50,694 nucleotides of DNA from Octopus bimaculoides (Eukaryota): contig NC_068988.1 of NCBI RefSeq assembly GCF_001194135.2, positions 1,727,250 through 1,777,943 on the forward strand, written 5' to 3'. Position 1 is the first letter of the stretch. Every line of letters begins with the position of its first letter. A program made the translations under genes and the position numbers. Shown here piece after piece: positions 35,231-47,159 of the stretch. The notes under the pieces were generated by a model. That model saw nothing but the letters and a program-made list of their open reading frames with translations, was not told the origin of the DNA and ran no database searches.

Positions 35231-35474
35231 GAATAATATCAAAACTAATCCGAAGTTGTCTCCCGTGTATTTGCCGAAAAATTGCAACATTATTACTCGT
35301 TTGTTAACATCATTATAACCTCAACGTCTATTTATGTCTTGCTACCATTTTAATGCTGAAAAGCATGAAGTAGGTTAGCACTAACTTACCTTTTATAAGT
35401 AATTAGTAGTTTAACAAAGGCTTAGAGGTTATGACGAAAGATATTTTCTCCAGCTACACACATACTCGCTCAAT

Positions 35475-35505
<31 letters not shown>

Positions 35506-36562
35506 AACAAAGAAAGATTTTATAAAGACTAAACACGTGCATAACACTGCCCTGTCGTCATTATGTTGTATTTCTGGGTTTAAGAGCGGATTATGTTTTG
35601 TTATTCGATGCTGTTGGTCGTCATTGGCGCCTTAGGGCGTGCGATAGTTTGTATTGCTTAGCTTCGCTGTGTGTGTGTGTGTGTGTGTGTGTGCGTGCGA
35701 TGTTATCCTGTTTTCTGCAGTTTCATGCGAGCTTCGAACTAAACTGCTATCTCCACCTCCGAGCCCTGGAGGTGTGTACGGTATTGTCTTTCGCGAGTGC
35801 AGAATTGTATTTATACAGAGCAGATTAATTGGGAGGATCTTTCAGACCATTGTCTTTAGACGACTTCCAGAATTCTCTGTTCCTGTCTCTGCTGCCACGA
35901 AGAAGAGGGATATTGCTGGTTTGCGACAAACTTTAAAGGTAGAGCAGAATCGTCACTCGAGCCGGACCAAGTGCACAGAGCAACGGTCCCTTTCTGGGCG
36001 CACTCGTTCAATGACCGAGTATTGTGGACTTATGAAATGATGTCATTGTCACGTGCCAGATGGATGGATTTGGCTGTCAACCGTGACCAGTGTGAAGATC
36101 TCTCCGCCATCTTTCTGTGATCGGGAAGAGCAGGTAGTTTGTCCTCAGTGGTGAAAGAGCCTTTGTAGTAAATAAGATAGAAAGATTTTGGACAGAGACT
36201 TTCGTCTTTGCTCAAGGCTCCAATCAATTTCTTCAAACTCTTCATGCTGCTCACATTGTCAAATATGTCTACTACTACATCAGCACGGTAGAGATAAAAA
36301 TTCTTATTTTCACACCATTATTTAATGGCCAATGAAAGGGTTTACTTCATAATTTTGGACTTACAATCTGTTCAATAACAAAGCATTTTTTCTACTTTGA
36401 AAATTGTTTGAATACCACCTTGTACAAAATGAACAATTCTTCATTTATGACTATGTATTAAGTTGTGAACCTTTATCTTGATCGATCTCTGTCTCACTGT
36501 GGCTAATGAAATTATTACCCCAATTTTTTTCCACAGAGGTCTAGGTCCCAAGAGGAATAGCA

Positions 36563-36800
36563 ATATCTTCAAGAAAGTACTTAAGCGGATACCAGAAACG
36601 CCAACTCAAGGAAAAGCAATCCAACGAAATTTCTAAATGTCAAAAACTATGAAACTATTTTACGATGTCAAGTAAAAGTTTGTCATCACCTGCAACTGAA
36701 ACAAGCCGTGCAAACACCAGTGAAGTCAATGACAGGACACGAACCATGAGTGCTCTGTTTAGCAATAATCAACCCACTGTTGACACTTTTGGAGCAGATG
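36563..36800 (+). pseudogene. hAT (ZMYM1-like/Tip100-type) transposase N-terminal remnant
   Basis: (I)SSRKYLSGYQKRQLKEKQSNEISKCQKL*NYFT followed by a Ser/Thr-rich linker resembles the MSRKY.SG.QKRK...L..YF N-terminus of these transposases. A strong acceptor ttttttccacag lies just upstream. Confidence 0.5.
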
Positions 36801-37101
36801 ATGATCATGGTGGTCAAGAACTTTGAGAAAAGAGAGAGAGCAGAAACAGGAAACAGGAAACAAGAAACAAGAAACAAGAAGCAAATTCAGTGATTTCAAA
36901 GAATACAGTGACCTGGCAAACTGCCCGTAACAAACGATAATGGTTTCATACAAAACTGTTTAATGCAAGACATCAGTTTTTTTTCTCAAAATAAAAAAAA
37001 ACAACAACAGATAACGTATATACTGAATCCCCTAACTCTCTTGTCCAACTAAATCCACAAGTTTTTATTTTTATTCTTTCTCTGTTTATTTCATCGTGTT
37101 C

Positions 37102-37137
37102 CTTTCTGTAGAAGAGCGTAGGCTCGAAACGTAAAAG
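37102..37137 (+). ncRNA. Minimal hammerhead-like motif with variant core CUGUAGA
   Basis: CTTT-CTGTAGA-A-GAGC GTAG GCTC-GAAA-CG-TA-AAAG. Stems I and II are perfect, with the ACGT palindrome and a GUA triplet. Core A6 is replaced by U. It is followed by a T-rich, pLTR-like tail to about 37220. Confidence 0.6.
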
Positions 37138-37873
37138 ACTTTCTCACCTTCCCGAGACTAATACAGCTGTTTGTTTATACACCTGTCTACGTTTCGTTTT
37201 TTTGCAAATTTCAACTATAACTTTATATTTCTGACGCGACTCTATCTATCTTTGTATCTTTCTCCCCCTCTCGTTCTTCCTTCTGTTGTTCTTCGCCTCT
37301 CCCCTTCACCACTATATCTCTCTCTTCCTCCCTGTCTCTCGTTGCTAACCTATATTCTACTTCTTCCCCTTTTTCTCCCTCTGCCACTCTTTCTCCCTCT
37401 GCCACTCTTTCTCCTTACCCCTCGCTGGTCACATGTGTCCAGCCCTACTTCCTTTCTTCTCTTGCCTATCGCCAAGCTCGCACACCAACATTCTTCGTCC
37501 CGCTTCCTTCCAGTTCGTTGCTTCACAGTGTTCAGTATACACATATTTTTTCACGTCTGGCCGTTTTTGTTTATTTTCACTGTTTCGTTTTCTGTCCGCC
37601 ACTACATTCCTCCATTGTACAAATTTAATTTGTGGTCCGTGGGAAGAGCCATTCTAATGATGCGTCCTGCCCTAACTCTTCGAAACGCTTAGTTTTAGAA
37701 TGGTGGCAGCTAATGAAGGAAATGTTCTCTATGTGACCTGTGTGTTTTTTATACTCTGTTTATCATTTTGTCCACGTTTTTTTGCAACGTCCTGTACCCN
37801 NNNNNNNNNTGCGTGTGATTGTGTGCGTGTATGTATATATTTAAACACTGTGGGACCTGCTTATCATAATCGC

Positions 37874-37921
<48 letters not shown>

Positions 37922-38543
37922 TGATGATAATGATATCAGTCGGTTATTATTATCTTCATAATGAGCCCTTTCAATGGTAGGTGTGCTACACAGATGATGG
38001 TAAGTTTATGTTTTATAATTACTAATCATGTTGTTGTCGCAGGTAAATTCACTGAACCGTTAACGCTAAACTCGTGACACACTCCACGTGACCTGGACAA
38101 CAATAAACCAAGAGGTGGGGGTATTTTCATTGTCCTCTCTCATCACCCCATAAAGAGTTGGGGTGGGGGAGATATCCCTTGTGATTTGAAACAAAATATC
38201 GTTGTATAGTCGCACCTTTTGCTCTGGTACCTTTTGTTATCTGAACACGAATTGTTGCCGTTATCTTATCTAAGGTGTGCCACTCCGAAATTATGGCACC
38301 ACAATAGGGTGGCTTGCCATTATTGTTGGTGGTGTTGGTGTCACTTAAGCGGTGGTGTTGGTGTTGTTGCTGTCCATTTTTAAAGCAACACCGAAATGTC
38401 CAGACCCACATCAACTTGTGATACCTTGTGTTTTCTGTAAATCTCTTCCACATTGATAAACGATCCCAAACATCATTTTTGTGATTCTAAACACTATTAG
38501 GCCTATAATATTCATAGTGGGCTTCTTTCACAACATATTTGAC

Positions 38544-38574
<31 letters not shown>

Positions 38575-38919
38575 TGTCCTGGATAAGACTTTCAACTGCA
38601 TCTGGCAGCGGGGGGGGGGCTTGGTATGGGATTTCCATGGTTTTTGAGGAGTGTGGAACCACCTCTTAACCACCCTTGTTCCCAGGTTCACTCTGGCACG
38701 GAGTACTAGCACCTGTTTGGGTCCCAGTTAGGGGTTAACTATCATGTGAACCATTGGGTGTGAAAGACCTTCTTCGTTGAATTTCCTTTCAGGAGAAGGT
38801 AAACTTGTATAAAAACCATGAAGTGAAGTTGGTTTCTGGTCTTCTCAGCCTCTTTCGTGCCACTGGTTTTTATCATAGTTGATTCCACTGAGAAGTTTGT
38901 ATTTGTCTACCATTTCTCT

Positions 38920-39180
38920 GTTTTTCCGTCCTTGTTTTCGTATACATTCGCTACTTTCTTCCAAGGAATCTAGTGCTCTTAGCTTAGTTTTTCCTTGGGA
39001 CTGGCCAGATTGGAGCAATCTCGAGTATAACCAGCCGAAATTGCAAAGATAATCTGGAACTCGACTGAAGAAAGGAAACTCCGAATGAGCTGTCTTTGAT
39101 TTTTGTATTGTCTGTCTGGATATTTTGTTGTCCCTTTTTTGTATCATCTAACTGTATGGATGTTTTGCGTTCTCGTCCCA
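38920..39180 (+). repeat. Interspersed repeat shared with 24660-24830, containing a very degenerate HHR-like core at about 39061-39098
   Basis: See the 24660 feature. The core-like stretch is CTGAAGA-AA-GGA AAC TCC-GAAT-GAGCTGTC. Confidence 0.7.
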
Positions 39181-39468
39181 TATTTGGTATTCCTTTTTAT
39201 ATATGTATGTATGTATGTATGGATGGATGGATGGATGTGTGTATCATTTTTTCTTTGGAATTTCTCTAAGATTTCTCCTCTCCAGAACTCGAGTTGGTTT
39301 CTAACAAAATAGCAAGAATCCTTTTGTTTAAATCAAGGGAAATATTGGCATCTGTGTACACATTAAATTAGTTAATGTGTGTGTATATGAAGGCGCATGT
39401 GTCGTTAAACATTTATCTATGTGGTGGATGTCCGCGTCACTTTAGTACACGCTTGTGCCTCGTTACTC

Positions 39469-39579
39469 TGTGTGTGTGTGTGTGTGTGAGTGTATGAGTT
39501 ATTTCATATGAACACATAACATACATACATGTCTGTGTGTATGTATGTATGTATGTATGTATGTATGTATATACATGTA

Positions 39580-39627
<48 letters not shown>

Positions 39628-39677
39628 CATCTATCTATCTATTTATCTACACACACACATTCATATACACACGCATG

Positions 39678-39715
<38 letters not shown>

Positions 39716-39770
39716 CGTATATACATATACATAGATGTGTTTGCGTGTGCGTGTGTGTGTGAGTGATGTA
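39469..39770. repeat. Compound (TG)/(TATG)/(TATC)/(CA) microsatellite field
   Basis: Directly visible. Confidence 0.95.
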
Positions 39771-39945
39771 GGTGTGATTTGCTTCCGAGCTTCTCAACTT
39801 TACATTAAGCAATGTCAGGACAACCGAAGCTTTCGTTGATATAACAAACAGGAACAGAGAAAGAAGACTAAATTGGATCGGCTGAGCGAAGATTAGCAAC
39901 TGGAGTGTGATGATTAAAAGAAGAGATAGTGTGTGTGTGTGTATT

Positions 39946-40001
<56 letters not shown>

Positions 40002-40614
40002 GAGAGAAGAGGTTGAGAGAAGCGCAGGTAAAAGAAGACGGGGTGGTATTATCTCCAAGAAAGATTAATGATGTAAAAAGAAACGAAAAAATACCAAACA
40101 AACGCACAAACAACTACAACAAAAACAAAAAAACGAATAATTTGTGGAAGCAAAAATAAAAATCACTTTCAAAATTACCTCGGAACCCTGAGGGCTAGTT
40201 TTCTATTTTAAGCTGAGCTTTTTCTTCACGATTCACCGATTAACTGATCTAAGGTACTGGATAATGCTAACGGAGAGCCGTACAAAACTCTGGGCCCACA
40301 TTAAACACGCTCGCTCTCATTATACGTCAGGAAGGTTAGACTAAAATAAAGATTTGTTCTGAACTACTTGGGGAAACTTCAAGAAGCGATTCTCTCTCTC
40401 TCTCGATTCCTTTATATTAGTTTCTAGTCCTGCACCACCGTCGCCATCTGACAACGAGTATCCTCTCATAAATGAGTCTGAATGGAATGGAATCCACGTG
40501 ATGTAGGGGCATGTGGAGGATTGAGTGTATATACCTATATATATATATATACATATCTTCATGCATGTATACATACATTTATATAAATATGTGTATGTCA
40601 TGCGTCTGGTATAT

Positions 40615-40666
40615 GCATACCATACATACATACATACATACATACATACATACATACATACATACA

Positions 40667-40695
<29 letters not shown>
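40615..40695. repeat. (TACA)n tetranucleotide microsatellite
   Basis: Directly visible. Confidence 0.97.
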
Positions 40696-40697
<2 letters not shown>

Positions 40698-42770
40698 GTG
40701 CATTTGTGTGTGTGTGTATGTGTATATATATAAATGTATGTATATTTGTATTTATGTACATGAATGTGTTTATGTGCATATCTTTTATATGCACATAAAC
40801 ACATACAAAGTTGGTGTTTAGTGTCCGTTAGTGCGTGTGTTTTTCTATCTATGTATATATGTATGCATCTATATGAGTGTGTATGTGTGTGTATACATAC
40901 ATATATATATATGAGTGTGTGTGTTGGGCCTTAGAGTTGTGTGTATAATGAAACTGACAATAAACTAGTCGCTTCTCTCATCCAGCAAATATTAGCGTTT
41001 AATTATTACAAGAAACGAAACAACGACAACAGCACCAGCAACAACAACAATAACAACAACAACAAGTGTAATAACAAAATGCACAACAACAACAACAGCA
41101 ACAGCAACAACAGCTACAATCGATTATCAACACATTACTAGAGATCTTCGTGGACCTTACTTCTGAAGGTGAATCGTCCCACAGACTGCAACAATCAATG
41201 TGCGTGTGTGTGTGTGCGCGCGCGCGTATCTATGTGTGTGTGTGTGTGTTTATCCGTGAGTCTTTGTATGCATATGTGCGCTAGTATATGTGTGTGTACG
41301 TGGGTGTATGTATGTATGTATGTACATATNNNNNNNNNNNNNNNNNNNNNNNNNNNNNNNNNNNNNNNNNNNNNNNNNNNNNNNNNNNNNNNNNNNNNNN
41401 NNNNNNNNNNNNNNNNNNNNNNNNNNNNNNNNNNNNNNNNNNNNNNNNNNNNNNNNNNNNNNNNNNNNNNNNNNNNNNNNNNNNNNNNNNNNNNNNNNNN
41501 NNNNNNNNNNNNNNNNNNNNNNNNNNNNNNNNNNNNNNNNNNNNNNNNNNNNNNNNNNNNNNNNNNNNNNNNNNNNNNNNNNNNNNNNNNNNNNNNNNNN
41601 NNNNNNNNNNNNNNNNNNNNNNNNNNNNNNNNNNNNNNNNNNNNNNNNNNNNNNNNNNNNNNNNNNNNNNNNNNATATATATATATATATATGTACATAT
41701 ATATATATATTTGTGTGTGTGTGTGTGTGTGTCCTCTTTGTTTTGTACTGATTAAAACTTGGGACGAAAATACATTTTGCTCAAAATCGATAACTTGCAG
41801 TCTTAGCAGTTTTTCTTGCAGTATTTCAGTGTCTTGGATGAACGGAGATAAGTGTTTGGGATATTGAGAGATGCATGGGATAATCTCGATAGAGAGATGG
41901 GATAGACGGGACAGACAGACAGACAGACAGATAAGTAGATAGATGGATGGATATATAGATGGATAGCTAGATAGATAAATGGATGGATGGATGGATAGAT
42001 GGATGGATTTGATAGTAGAGAGATATAGATAGGCTGCAGAAAGATGGATAGATGGGATATGAAGATAGAGAGACGCGGCAGGCGGGTAATTTGAGAGATT
42101 TTGCTGCCAAGCAAATAGAGGCACCGCAGGACTTAGCAGAATAATTCATTCTTTACTTTCTCTGTCTGTCTCTCTAACACACACACACACACACATGGAG
42201 TACAACACAGCACACAACTCATCGCATAATGCAACACACATCACAACACGTCCATCACATGACACGCAACACAACAGAACGTGCACAGCAGACTACACAC
42301 TCAACACTTAACACAAACGCACACAGCGGAGCATATAATAAACATGCATACAACACAATACACACAACAAAGACACCGCACCACAGAGTGCAAAACACAT
42401 ACACACACACACTCACAAGTACATATGCACGCACACGATCACATGCGCGCATGCAAACACGTACACATGCACTCATACACACACAAGCGCATGCACACGC
42501 ATGCATACACACACACACACACCATTAAACTCAACAGCGGGACCCTACTCTGCTAAATCTCCCTCAAAGCAAATCCTTTTCGCTTTAAAAAATGGAGGAG
42601 GATGCCATTGGCATTCTGGATGAAGGAATCTTCTCGAACGCCTTCTGTGTTGAAAGAAAGATGTTTGATTTGCCCCAGCTGGAGTGCCGCTGATCGTAGG
42701 TCTGTTTGATCAGGTTGACTATGGGCTAAACTACAACAACAACAAAAACAACAACAACAACAACAACCTT

Positions 42771-43152
42771 TTCGCCCGTCGCTACGTTCTGAGTTCAAAT
42801 TGCGCCGAGGTCGACTTTACCTTTCATCCTTTCGGGATCGATGAATTAAGTCCCAGTGAATCACTGGGGTCGATGTAATCAAATTTCAGGCCTTGCGCCT
42901 GTAGTAGAAAGGATTATTATTATTTACAATGCTGTGAGTTGATAAAATCGTTAGCACACGCCGATTAAAATGCTTATCGACATTTAGTTCGTCTTCACAT
43001 TCTGAGTTCAAATTCCGCTGAGGTTAACTTTGCCTTTCATCTTTTTCGGGGTCGATAAAACAAGTAGCAACTAAGCACTGGGTTCGTTGTAATCGACTTT
43101 TCCCTTCCACCAAAATTGCTGGCCTTGTGTCAAAATTGGAAACCATTATTAT
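42771..43152 (+). mobile_element. Two tandem SINE family A copies
   Basis: Two successive ttctgagttcaaatt.cgc.gagg..actttgcctttcatc...ggggtcgat units, the first ending in (ATT)n. Confidence 0.92.
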
Positions 43153-43740
43153 TTGCAACAACACACGCACACACTTGATTACAAGTACATTAGTAGACAT
43201 ACCCCCTCTCAACCATGCACACACACACACACACATATATACACATTCATACCTCTCATCAGCACTAACAGTAATACTAGAGGGCCCGCCAGTACCTTAG
43301 GGTACCATAAACACTACTTACAGTGTACCCTTAATGTAGTTCTCCGGCAGAGTCAGTATGATACAGCGTGTGACCAGGAGGTATCTTTTAAAGTACGGGT
43401 ACTCTCCACCCGTCTGTTACTGTCAATCAAGTTTCACTCACAAGTTCTGTGTTGGCCAAGGGTAACAGAAAACTGACATTTGACCCAAGATGACATACAA
43501 CTGAGTTGTACGCAAGACCTCAGGTTTGCGAAACGAACTTCTCACATTCGGCCATACTGCACCTACAGTTTCCAAACAGGGGGTGCTCGGGAACAGGGGG
43601 TGTAGGCACGCTCTTCAATTTTTTCGGTGGTGGTGATGCGGCAATGGAAACGCTTTGAACATTTTGGGTTGGACCCGGGTTTGCAATCCCGAAGCAGATT
43701 TTGATTCTGCACTTATGATTTAAGAATGGAAATGAAAGTT

Positions 43741-43955
43741 TCAAGTTTTGGCTGAGGATCAGTAATTTGAAGGGCAGGGGTGGGGTGAATCGATTAGATT
43801 TAATCCAGTACATGACTGGTACTTTGTTTTATCAACCCCCAGAGGGATGAAAGGCAAAGTTGACCCCGGTCTAATTTGAATTCAGACTGTAAAGAGCCGG
43901 AAGAAATGCCTCTAAGCATTTCATTCGACGCTCTAACGATTTCCAGCTCGCTGCC
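43741..43955 (-). mobile_element. SINE family A
   Basis: gactggtactttgttttatcaacccccagagggatgaaaggcaaagttgacc...ctaacgatttccagctcgctgcc. Confidence 0.9.
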
Positions 43956-44005
43956 TCAGGAATGCAGATCAAAAATAAAGTAAAATAAAATGATTTACCA
44001 TTTAC

Positions 44006-44041
44006 CTTACAGGCCTGGAATGTTATTGTTCCCATCTGGTA
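44006..44041 (-). other. Candidate 36-nt micro-exon
   Basis: Minus strand ggatttttcag|TACCAGATGGGAACAATAACATTCCAGGCCTGTAAG|gtaaat. The length is divisible by 3 and only phase 0 is open (YQMGTITFQACK). Confidence 0.25.
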
Positions 44042-44753
44042 CTGAAAAATCCTACGAAAGATCACAGTCAAAGACGTTCATGAAATGAAAACACTCGACT
44101 CTTTCGTACAAACCCTTTCCATTCTCTAGTTATCTTGCTCATTCAAAGACTTACTCGAAGAATTAATAGACTTAGAAAATTATTTTGATGCTCTATGTAC
44201 AGTTCTAAGAATGAAATATATCGATAGGAGGCGTTGACCCTCACAAGTATTTGAAAGGGAACGCTGGACCCATAAAAAACTAGTTATAAACCACAGGTCC
44301 ACATCAAAAACGATGCCCCCGCGGGCGACATATACAATAATTAGACACAATCCTAAACCCCAGTGTCAACGTGCATTACTAATAGCAATAACGATATAAT
44401 TGTGGAGAACAGTCAGCAGGGAACCAAGGGACTCGCTATGCAGTCGTTCAGTTTGTTAGACGTAGCTAAGAAACTTCACTCAGATTGCACTTTATTGTTT
44501 TTAATGGCAACAAAAGCATTCAAAAATATGGTTCTGGATACCCTCTGTTCGGGGGGGGGGGATCATAAATAAAAGAGATGGTCACAGCTTGGATGTTTTT
44601 TTTTTATCATTTGAACATCTGATGCTAAAAAAACAAACAAAAACAACAACAACAACAACGAAAACAATCCCAGCAGCAGCAGCAGCAAAACTTGTCAACA
44701 TCAGTTTAGAAGTTGTACAATACAAATACATACATAATACCACATAAAAGTAA

Positions 44754-44884
44754 TTCTTCTTCTTCTTCTTCTTCTTCTTCTTCTTCTTCTTCTTCTTCTT
44801 CTTCTTCTTCTTCTTCTTCTTCTTCTTCTTCTTCTTCTTCTTCTTCTTCTTCTTCTTCTTCTTCTTCTTCTTCTTCTTCTTCTT

Positions 44885-44952
<68 letters not shown>

Positions 44953-45116
44953 GTTGTTATTTTTCTTCTTTCTTCAAATTTTCTTCCATTTCTCGCCGAG
45001 TGTTTTCCGTACACCTAGGGCAGGGAAACTCATTGTATACATTCCCAGTTTACACACGCAAATTATCATCATGATCATGATCATCATCATCATGATCATC
45101 ATGATCATCATCATCA

Positions 45117-45159
<43 letters not shown>
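44754..45159. repeat. (TTC)n-(TTA)n and (ATC)n-(ATT)n compound microsatellites
   Basis: Directly visible. Confidence 0.97.
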
Positions 45160-45162
45160 CAA

Positions 45163-45384
45163 GGCGTCGAGCTGGCAGAAACGTTAGCACGCGGGTGAAA
45201 TGCTTAGCCGCATTTCATTCGTCTTTACGTTCTGAATTCAAATTCCACCGAGGTTGACTTTGCCTTTCATCGTTTTGGGGTCGATAAATTAAGTACCACT
45301 TGCATTCTAGGGTCGATCTAATCGACTGCCCCTCCTCTCCCCCCCAAAATTTTAGGCCTTGTGCCTAAAGCAGAAAAGAATATT
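45163..45384 (+). mobile_element. SINE family A, near full length
   Basis: ggcgtcgagctggcagaaacgttagcacgcgggtgaaatgcttagc...tttgcctttcatcgttttggggtcgataaattaagtacca. Confidence 0.95.
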
Positions 45385-45498
45385 TCAGCATTGAGAAAAA
45401 GAAAAAAAAAAGAAATACAGGTCTTAACGGAATACAGATGCGATAAATTCGCGGATTAGGGGGATGTAAATACAAGCACAGATACACACATATATGTG

Positions 45499-45650
45499 AC
45501 AGGCTTTCACACAGTTTCCATTTACCAGATTCACTCATGAAGTATTTGTCAGCCAGGAGCTGTGGTAGAAGACATTTGCCTGTCCAAAGAGTGTTGCGTA
45601 GTAAGATTGAACCCCAAACCATGTGATTGCAAAGCGAGCAACTTAACCAT
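45499..45650 (-). mobile_element. SINE family B, degenerate
   Basis: cagtttccatttaccagattcactc...gtagaagacatttgcc...attgaaccccaaaccatgtg. Confidence 0.8.
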
Positions 45651-45890
45651 ATTTGTTTGAAACACAAAATATGCCAATCTATCAACGTGAAAAGCAGACA
45701 GTAAATCTGTTGAGAAGTCTTTTTCAAATTGAAAAACCTTCATGAATACATTTTAACAATAAAACCAGCAACATGGCTCCAAGTCCACTATTATTTGTTA
45801 AATTAATTTACAAACTCGTGATGCTGTTATGCAATTCTATGCAACTCTCTCTCTCTCTCTCTCTGTCTAACTACCTCTCTCTCTTTATAC

Positions 45891-45942
<52 letters not shown>

Positions 45943-46950
45943 TCTCTCTATCTATCTATCTATCTAGCGCTTCCCCTCTTAGTTACAGTTAAGCAGTAAC
46001 CCTATCCCATCATCCGTTCTAGGTTTTTTCCAAGAATATTTTGGTTACTCGTTTGTTTTGTTAAGTTATTTTATCGCATCACTGTAAACTGTAAACCATA
46101 TATAACTGCACTAGCTCTCTCTCTCCCCCTCTCTTTATATATATACATATACACATGCACCGCCCCATACAGACACATACGCACGCACACACACAAACAC
46201 ACACACAAACACACACACATGTATGCAAATATGTATACATCTCTTTCTTTCTCAGTATACATACATATATATATACATACCTATATATATATATATATAT
46301 ATATNNNNNNNNNNNNNNNNNNNNNNNNNNNNNNNNNNNNNNNNNNNNNNNNNNNNNNNNNNNNNNNNNNNNNNNNNNNNNNNNNNNNNNNNNNNNNNNN
46401 NNNNNNNNNNNNNNNNNNNNNNNNNNNNNNNNNNNNNNNNNNNNNNNNNNNNNNNNNNNNNNNNNNNNNNNNNNNNNNNNNNNNNNNNNNNNNNNNNNNN
46501 NNNNNNNNNNNNNNNNNNNNNNNNNNNNNNNNNNNNNNNNNNNNNNNNNNNNNNNNNNNNNNNNNNNNNNNNNNNNNNNNNNNNNNNNNNNNNNNNNNNN
46601 NNNNNNNNNNNNNNNNNNNNNNNNNNNNNNNNNNNNNNNNNNNNNNNNNNNNNNNNNNNNNNNNNNNNNNNNNNNNNNNNNNNNNNNNNNNNNNNNNNNN
46701 NNNNNNNNNNNNNNNNNNNNNNNNNNNNNNNNNNNNNNNNNNNNNNNNNNNNNNNNNNNNNNNNNNNNNNNNNNNNNNNNNNNNNNNNNNNNNNNNNNNN
46801 NNNNNNNNNNNNNNNNNNNNNNNNNNNNNNNNNNNNNNNNNNNNNNNNNNNNNNNNNNNNNNNNNNNNNNNNNNNNNNNNNNNNNNNNNNNNNNNNNNNN
46901 NNNNNNNNNNNNNNNNNNNNNNNNNNNNNNNNNNNNNNNNNNNNNNNNNN

Positions 46951-47008
<58 letters not shown>

Positions 47009-47159
47009 ACACACATACATACATACATTCACACAAACACACATGCATATACACAGACACATACACATACATGTATTAGTACAGCCAGCCGTCACACACG
47101 TGTGGGTATGGACTTGGTAACATATTACACGCTTTTTCGCTAATTGTTTTAGCTTCCTG

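Noticed and set aside
38042-38460. 108-aa minus-strand ORF and a hydrophobic plus-strand frame
   Set aside because: There is no recognisable domain, the plus frame is interrupted by stops, and the composition is driven by (GGT/TGT)-rich low complexity.
40986-41168. CAA-rich block between an acceptor-like and a donor-like site (poly-Q/N/T exon?)
   Set aside because: Every frame contains a stop between the two sites. It is best explained as a degenerate (CAA)n microsatellite.
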